From positions 1,972,058-2,036,057 of the forward strand of contig CBDFJY010000002.1 in NCBI GenBank assembly GCA_965248705.1: DNA of 64,000 nucleotides, written 5' to 3'. Each line of letters begins with the position of its first letter. The stretch's first letter is position 1. The stretch is from Acidimicrobiia bacterium (lineage in GTDB: Bacteria > Actinomycetota > Acidimicrobiia > Spongiisociales > ZC4RG35). The translations under genes were made by a program, and so were the position numbers. This document shows, piece by piece, positions 59,441-64,000 of this stretch. The notes beneath the pieces were generated by a model. That model was not told where the DNA came from. It made no database searches and saw nothing but the letters and a program-made list of their open reading frames with translations.

Positions 59441-61267
59441 ATGGAACGTCCCCCCTCCATTGAGATTCCCGATGCTCCCGGCGCCTACTTCTTCAGGGAT
59501 GCACACGGCCGGGTGATCTATGTCGGAAAGGCCAAATCCCTCCGCAAGCGGATCGCTTCCTATTTCGGTCGGGAGCTGGCACTGCGCACCTCGGCGATGA
59601 TGGAGTCGGCCCGGGATGTGGATTGGATCGTGGCCTCCTCGGAGGTGGAGGCCATCATGTTGGAGTACTCCCTGATCAAACAGCACCGGCCCCGCTTCAA
59701 CATCCGGCTGCGGGACGACAAGAGCTATCCCTATCTGGCCATAACTCGCTCCGACCAGTGGCCCCGCGCCCATGTGATGAGGGGACGCCGTCGCAAGGGG
59801 ACCGCCTATTTCGGGCCCTATGCCCACACCTACGCGATCCGGAAGACTCTTGACCTGGTGCTACGCACCTTCCCGGTGCGCACCTGCTCGGATTCCATGT
59901 TCCGACGCCAACAGATCCAGGGCCGGCCCTGTCTGCTCTTCCACATAGAAAAGTGCTCGGGACCGTGTGTGGGTGAGGTCTCCGAAGAGGACTACCAGAA
60001 GGCGGTGGATGGACTTTCCACGTTTCTCCAGGGTGATGTGGACCAGATAGTGGAGGAAATCACCGAGCGGATGCACCAGTCATCGGAGGCTTTGGAATAT
60101 GAGTCTGCCGCCCGCCATCGCGACCGCCTGGCCGATTTGGAGAAGGCCATGGCCCGCCAAGAGATGGTCACCGACCGCCGGGAGGACTTCGACCTGATAG
60201 CAGGACACGGCGACGAGTTGGAGAAGGCCATATGGGTGTTGTTCGTGCGGCGAGGGAGAGTGGTGGGCAGGCTGGGGACGGTGGTGGACCGGGTGGAGGA
60301 GGTGACCGAGCGGGAGTTGGCAGGATCGGTTCTCCGGGAGCTCTACGGTGACCGTCCACCGCCCTCCCTGGTGCTGACTGCCGATCTGCCGCCCGATCCC
60401 GAGACCTTCAGTGCGTGGCTGACCGAGCGGCGGGGAGGACCGGTGGAACTGCGGGTTCCCCAGCGGGGTGGGAAGCGTCGGTTGATGGAGACGGCGGTCG
60501 CCAACGCCCGAGAGATGTTTGGCCGTCATCGTCTGCGGCGCCAGGCCGATCACAATGCGCGCGCCCGGGCGCTTCGCAGTCTCCAGGAGGTGCTGGGGTT
60601 GCCCGAGCCTCCGTTGCGTATCGAGGCCTACGATGTCTCCACCTTGATGGGGACCCACACCGTGGCCTCCATGGTGGTAATGGAGGACGGCCTGGCGCGC
60701 AAGTCCGAATACCGGCGCTTCAAGATCAGAAAAGTGCGAGGACAAGATGACTTCGCCGCTATGGAAGAAGCGATCCGGAGGAGATTCACCGCCTATCTGG
60801 CCAGCCGGGACCTCCCCGTCCATGAGAAAACCCGGTTTCGCTATCCCCCGTCCTTGGTGGTGATCGACGGAGGCGCCGGACAGCTGGGAAGGGCGGTGCG
60901 GGTGCTGGACGAGCTGGAACTGGACATCCCGGTGGTGGGGCTGGCCAAGCGGATGGAGGAGGTCTATTTCCCCGACTTGGCCGAGCCGCTGCGCATCTCC
61001 CGTCGAGCCGAGGCGCTCTATCTGTTGCAGCGCATCCGCGACGAGGCTCATCGGTTTGCGGTGGAGTATCACCGTAAACTCCGCTCCAAGGGGATGATGG
61101 ACTCTCTGTTGGACGAGGCGCCCGGGATCGGCCCGGTTCGAAAACGCGCCCTGTTGCGCAAGTTCGGTTCGCTCCGGCGTCTTCGGGAAGCCGAGGTTGC
61201 GCAGTTGGCAGAGGTGGTGCCCGCCGCGGTGGCCGACGACCTCTACCTGCTGCTGCGCGGGGAGTAG
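59441..61267 (+). CDS. uvrC: excinuclease ABC subunit C
   Basis: N-terminal GIY-YIG (GAYFFRDAHGRVIYVGKAKSLRKR), UvrBC-interaction and C-terminal HhH regions. Confidence 0.9.
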   Translation: MERPPSIEIPDAPGAYFFRDAHGRVIYVGKAKSLRKRIASYFGRELALRTSAMMESARDVDWIVASSEVEAIMLEYSLIKQHRPRFNIRLRDDKSYPYLAITRSDQWPRAHVMRGRRRKGTAYFGPYAHTYAIRKTLDLVLRTFPVRTCSDSMFRRQQIQGRPCLLFHIEKCSGPCVGEVSEEDYQKAVDGLSTFLQGDVDQIVEEITERMHQSSEALEYESAARHRDRLADLEKAMARQEMVTDRREDFDLIAGHGDELEKAIWVLFVRRGRVVGRLGTVVDRVEEVTERELAGSVLRELYGDRPPPSLVLTADLPPDPETFSAWLTERRGGPVELRVPQRGGKRRLMETAVANAREMFGRHRLRRQADHNARARALRSLQEVLGLPEPPLRIEAYDVSTLMGTHTVASMVVMEDGLARKSEYRRFKIRKVRGQDDFAAMEEAIRRRFTAYLASRDLPVHEKTRFRYPPSLVVIDGGAGQLGRAVRVLDELELDIPVVGLAKRMEEVYFPDLAEPLRISRRAEALYLLQRIRDEAHRFAVEYHRKLRSKGMMDSLLDEAPGIGPVRKRALLRKFGSLRRLREAEVAQLAEVVPAAVADDLYLLLRGE

Positions 61268-61273
61268 CGGCCA

Positions 61274-62167
61274 GTGGGTGAGCATCGGGCGTCTTCGTTG
61301 GAGCGCAAACCGGAGTTGCTCCTCATCACCGGCATGTCGGGGGCGGGGCGGGGGTCGATGGCCCGGGTGTTGGAGGATCTCTCTTATCGGGTGATCGACA
61401 ACCTCCCGCCGGGAATGATCCTGGAAGTCGCTTCCCAGGACAAGGGCCTGACCCAGGCCGCCCCCTTGGCCCTGGTGATCAGGTCGTGGGACTCTTCCCT
61501 CAGTCCGGACCAGGTAATCAACCGGGCGGTAAAAAGGCTGGAAGGTTTGGGGATCAGCGCCGGAGTGGTGTTCCTGGACGCCGAGAATCAGGCGCTGCTC
61601 CGCCGCTATGAGGAGAGCCGGCGTCCCCATCCTCAGGGCGGTGAAACCCTCCCGGCGGCGATCACGGCCGAGCGCAATCTTCTTTCCGCGCTGCGAGCGG
61701 CTGCTGATCTGATCATCGACACCTCCGACCTCAATATTCATCAACTGCGAGAGCGGGTGGTTTCTCGGTTCGGCGGGGACGGGAAGAGCCGACCGATGCA
61801 CATCGCAATCGTCTCCTTCGGGTTCAAGAACGGGCTTCCCCGTGACGCCGATGTGGTATTTGATGTTCGTTTTCTTCCCAACCCGCATTGGAACCCAGGG
61901 TTGCGTCCCAAAACCGGGGTCGACTCGGAGGTGGCCGCCTTCGTTCTGGAAAACCCTGACACGGCGGAATTCCTGGAGAGGGTGATGGAACTTCTGCTGT
62001 TTCTGGCGCCCCGATACCGTGCAGAGGGCAAGTCCTATCTGACCATTGCGGTGGGATGCACCGGAGGTCGGCATCGCTCGGTGGCGATCACCGGTGAACT
62101 GGCCCGCCGGCTGGCCCACCACCAGGTGGGTGTCTCCGTCTTCCACCGGGACATAGACGCAGGCTGA
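61274..62167 (+). CDS. rapZ: RNase adapter protein RapZ (YvcJ family nucleotide-binding protein)
   Basis: LLITGMSGAGRGS Walker A and overall YvcJ/RapZ similarity; follows uvrC as in many Gram-positive genomes. Confidence 0.85.
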   Translation: MGEHRASSLERKPELLLITGMSGAGRGSMARVLEDLSYRVIDNLPPGMILEVASQDKGLTQAAPLALVIRSWDSSLSPDQVINRAVKRLEGLGISAGVVFLDAENQALLRRYEESRRPHPQGGETLPAAITAERNLLSALRAAADLIIDTSDLNIHQLRERVVSRFGGDGKSRPMHIAIVSFGFKNGLPRDADVVFDVRFLPNPHWNPGLRPKTGVDSEVAAFVLENPDTAEFLERVMELLLFLAPRYRAEGKSYLTIAVGCTGGRHRSVAITGELARRLAHHQVGVSVFHRDIDAG

Positions 62168-62195
62168 GCCGTCGAATCCCTATTCCGATTGTCAC

Positions 62196-62231
62196 AGAGC
62201 ACCAATAAGATGCGAGTGCTCTGCAAAAAGC
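62196..62231 (+). terminator. possible stem-loop (8-bp stem CAGAGCAC/GTGCTCTG, 13-nt loop) downstream of rapZ; no U-tract
   Basis: Inverted repeat read directly; lies in a lower-GC 148-bp intergenic region. Confidence 0.2.
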
Positions 62232-62315
62232 ATTTCACAACCCGGCATCGTCCTTTCTCCATGAATGGTGTGAGGCGATGAGTTATCTGCAGAGCAAATC
62301 CAGGAGCTTAAACTA

Positions 62316-63497
62316 ATGGCCGAATACCTGACTCTCAATGATGTTGAGACCGGCGGACGCCGGGTGCTGGTGCGCGCTGACCTGAATACACCGATTACCG
62401 GTGGAGAGGTGGCCGACGACTTTCGCATCCGGGCATCGCTGGGAGCAGTGAAGAGGCTCCGTTCCGAAGGCGCGGTGGTGGTGCTCTGCAGCCACTTGGG
62501 TCGCCCGAAGGGCCCCGACCCTCGTTACAGCCTGGCTCCGGTTGCCCGCCGCATGGAGGAGTTGGGTGGCTTTCCGGTGGAGCACCTGCCGGCAGTGGTG
62601 GGGCGGGAGGTGACCAAAGCAGTCAGCCGGGGACAGCCGGGAGAAGTCTTCCTGCTGGAGAACACCCGTTTTCATTCCGGAGAGACCTCCAACGATCCGG
62701 CGCTGGCTTCCCAACTGGCAGAGTTGGCCGACCTGTTCTGTCAGGATGCCTTCGGTTCGGTGCACCGCGCCCATGCCTCCACGGTGGGGGTGGCGACCCG
62801 GGTGCGGTCGGTGGCCGGCCCCTTGCTGGCTGCCGAGTTGGAAGCTTTGGGAAGACTGCTGGGTGACCCGCCTCGTCCTTTCGTGGTGATCATGGGTGGA
62901 GCCAAGGTCTCCGACAAGCTGGGAGTGCTCTCTGCCTTGGTGGAGATTTGCGACGTGTTGGCGGTGGGGGGCGGAATACTCTTCACGGCGTTGATGGCCG
63001 AGGGCTACACAGTCGGCAAGAGCCTCGCCGAGGAGGAGATGGTATCGTCGATCGGCGAGTTGTTCAAAGGCCACCAAGGCGGCAAAGTGCTCTTGCCCGA
63101 AGATGTAGTGGCCGCCCGATCTTTTCGGGCCGACGCCGATCACCGGGTAACCAGTGCCCGAACCATCGGGGATGATGAAATGGGCTTGGATATCGGCCCC
63201 GTCGCGGCCCGCTGCATCGCCGAGGTCTGCGGGGGAGCGGGGAGCATCTTCTGGAACGGGCCGATGGGAGTTTTCGAGTGGGAGGCTTTCCGGTCGGGAA
63301 CCGAGACAGTGGCCCGGGCAGTGGCTTCATCGCCTGCATTCTCGGTGGTGGGCGGCGGCGACTCCGCGGCGGCCATTCGTCTGCTGGGTTTGGAGAATCA
63401 GGTGTCCCATCTCTCCACCGGCGGGGGAGCGGGCCTGCAGCTCCTGGAAGGACAATCGCTCCCCGCAGTGGAGATACTGAAAAAGTGGGTACGGTAG
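62316..63497 (+). CDS. pgk: phosphoglycerate kinase
   Basis: 393 aa; N-terminus LNDVETGGRRVLVRADLNTP and hinge/ATP-binding regions typical of PGK. Confidence 0.9.
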   Translation: MAEYLTLNDVETGGRRVLVRADLNTPITGGEVADDFRIRASLGAVKRLRSEGAVVVLCSHLGRPKGPDPRYSLAPVARRMEELGGFPVEHLPAVVGREVTKAVSRGQPGEVFLLENTRFHSGETSNDPALASQLAELADLFCQDAFGSVHRAHASTVGVATRVRSVAGPLLAAELEALGRLLGDPPRPFVVIMGGAKVSDKLGVLSALVEICDVLAVGGGILFTALMAEGYTVGKSLAEEEMVSSIGELFKGHQGGKVLLPEDVVAARSFRADADHRVTSARTIGDDEMGLDIGPVAARCIAEVCGGAGSIFWNGPMGVFEWEAFRSGTETVARAVASSPAFSVVGGGDSAAAIRLLGLENQVSHLSTGGGAGLQLLEGQSLPAVEILKKWVR

Positions 63498-63505
63498 TAG
63501 AAAAC

Positions 63506-64000
63506 ATGGCTGCCAAGAGCTTGATCATCGGCAACTGGAAGATGAACCTGACCCACCTGGAGGCCATCGCGGTTGTACAAAAACTCTGGTACCGATTGGT
63601 TCCCGCCGACTTCGACCGGGCAGAGGTGGTAGTCGCCCCTCCATTTACCTGCCTGCGTACCATCCAGACTCTGATCATGGCCGACCGGATGCCCTTCGGG
63701 CTGGGCGCACAGCATGTCCATTGGGAAAAGGAGGGGGCGTTCACAGGCGAGGTGTCAGCCGGCATGCTCTCCAAACTGGATGTCGGATATGTGATCGTTG
63801 GCCACTCGGAGCGTCGCGCCATGTTCGGAGAGACCGACGAGCTGGTCAACAAGCGGGTACGGGTGGTGCTGGCGGGCGGGATGACACCGGTGGTATGCGT
63901 GGGGGAGACCCTTACCCAACGGGAGGCGGGTGAAACCGAACTGGTGGTAACCACCCAACTGCGTGGAGCGCTACGACGGCTCACCTCTGAACAGCGCGGG
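63506..64000 (+). CDS. tpiA: triosephosphate isomerase, 5' portion (runs off the window end)
   Basis: MAAKSLIIGNWKMNLTHLEA... and VGHSERR catalytic motif. Confidence 0.85.
   Translation, partial: MAAKSLIIGNWKMNLTHLEAIAVVQKLWYRLVPADFDRAEVVVAPPFTCLRTIQTLIMADRMPFGLGAQHVHWEKEGAFTGEVSAGMLSKLDVGYVIVGHSERRAMFGETDELVNKRVRVVLAGGMTPVVCVGETLTQREAGETELVVTTQLRGALRRLTSEQRG

Noticed and set aside
60080-62146. 688-aa ORF on the minus strand
   Set aside because: Antisense to well-supported uvrC and rapZ; spurious high-GC open frame.

Overview
This is a high-GC (about 65%) actinobacterial window; the 16S sequence looks Acidimicrobiia-like. The first ~13 kb holds housekeeping genes (pheT 3' end, argF, mpg, tyrS) with a minus-strand block (membrane protein paralogs, ddl, a MurF-like ligase, an alpha/beta hydrolase, fabI, an acyl-CoA ligase) lying between mpg and tyrS. 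A complete rRNA operon (16S-23S-5S, no tRNA in the spacer) follows at 13.2-18.2 kb. From 18 to 55 kb the region is accessory-looking, with three elements. (1) Three SLH-domain proteins (an S41 C-terminal protease and two large paralogous surface proteins) plus a fused CsaB-type pyruvyltransferase/coiled-coil/GT4 glycosyltransferase, which together look like an S-layer / pyruvylated cell-wall-polymer anchoring module. (2) A peptide ABC importer (5 genes) in one overlapping-junction operon with hydantoinase/oxoprolinase hyuA-hyuB, plus M19, M20, M29-like and amidohydrolase peptidases. (3) A second hyuA followed by three intact ~94%-identical tandem hyuB copies and a fourth hyuB disrupted by a 2.3 kb two-gene cassette (small protein + DASS/TrkA-C transporter) and internal deletions. 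The tail of the window is a conserved uvrA-(hypothetical)-uvrC-rapZ-pgk-tpiA segment. Structural oddities: a ~1.67 kb tandem segmental duplication producing mosaic mpg and ddl fragments; a second duplication (SLH protein + dipeptidase) whose second dipeptidase is gutted; an intact DUF222 HNH endonuclease gene plus a frameshifted remnant fused to a truncated SRPBCC gene; and a diverged copy of the 23S 3' terminus immediately downstream of the 5S gene. No CRISPR array, tRNA or transposase was seen. All calls are from reading the ORF translations and the nucleotide sequence by eye; no database search was possible.
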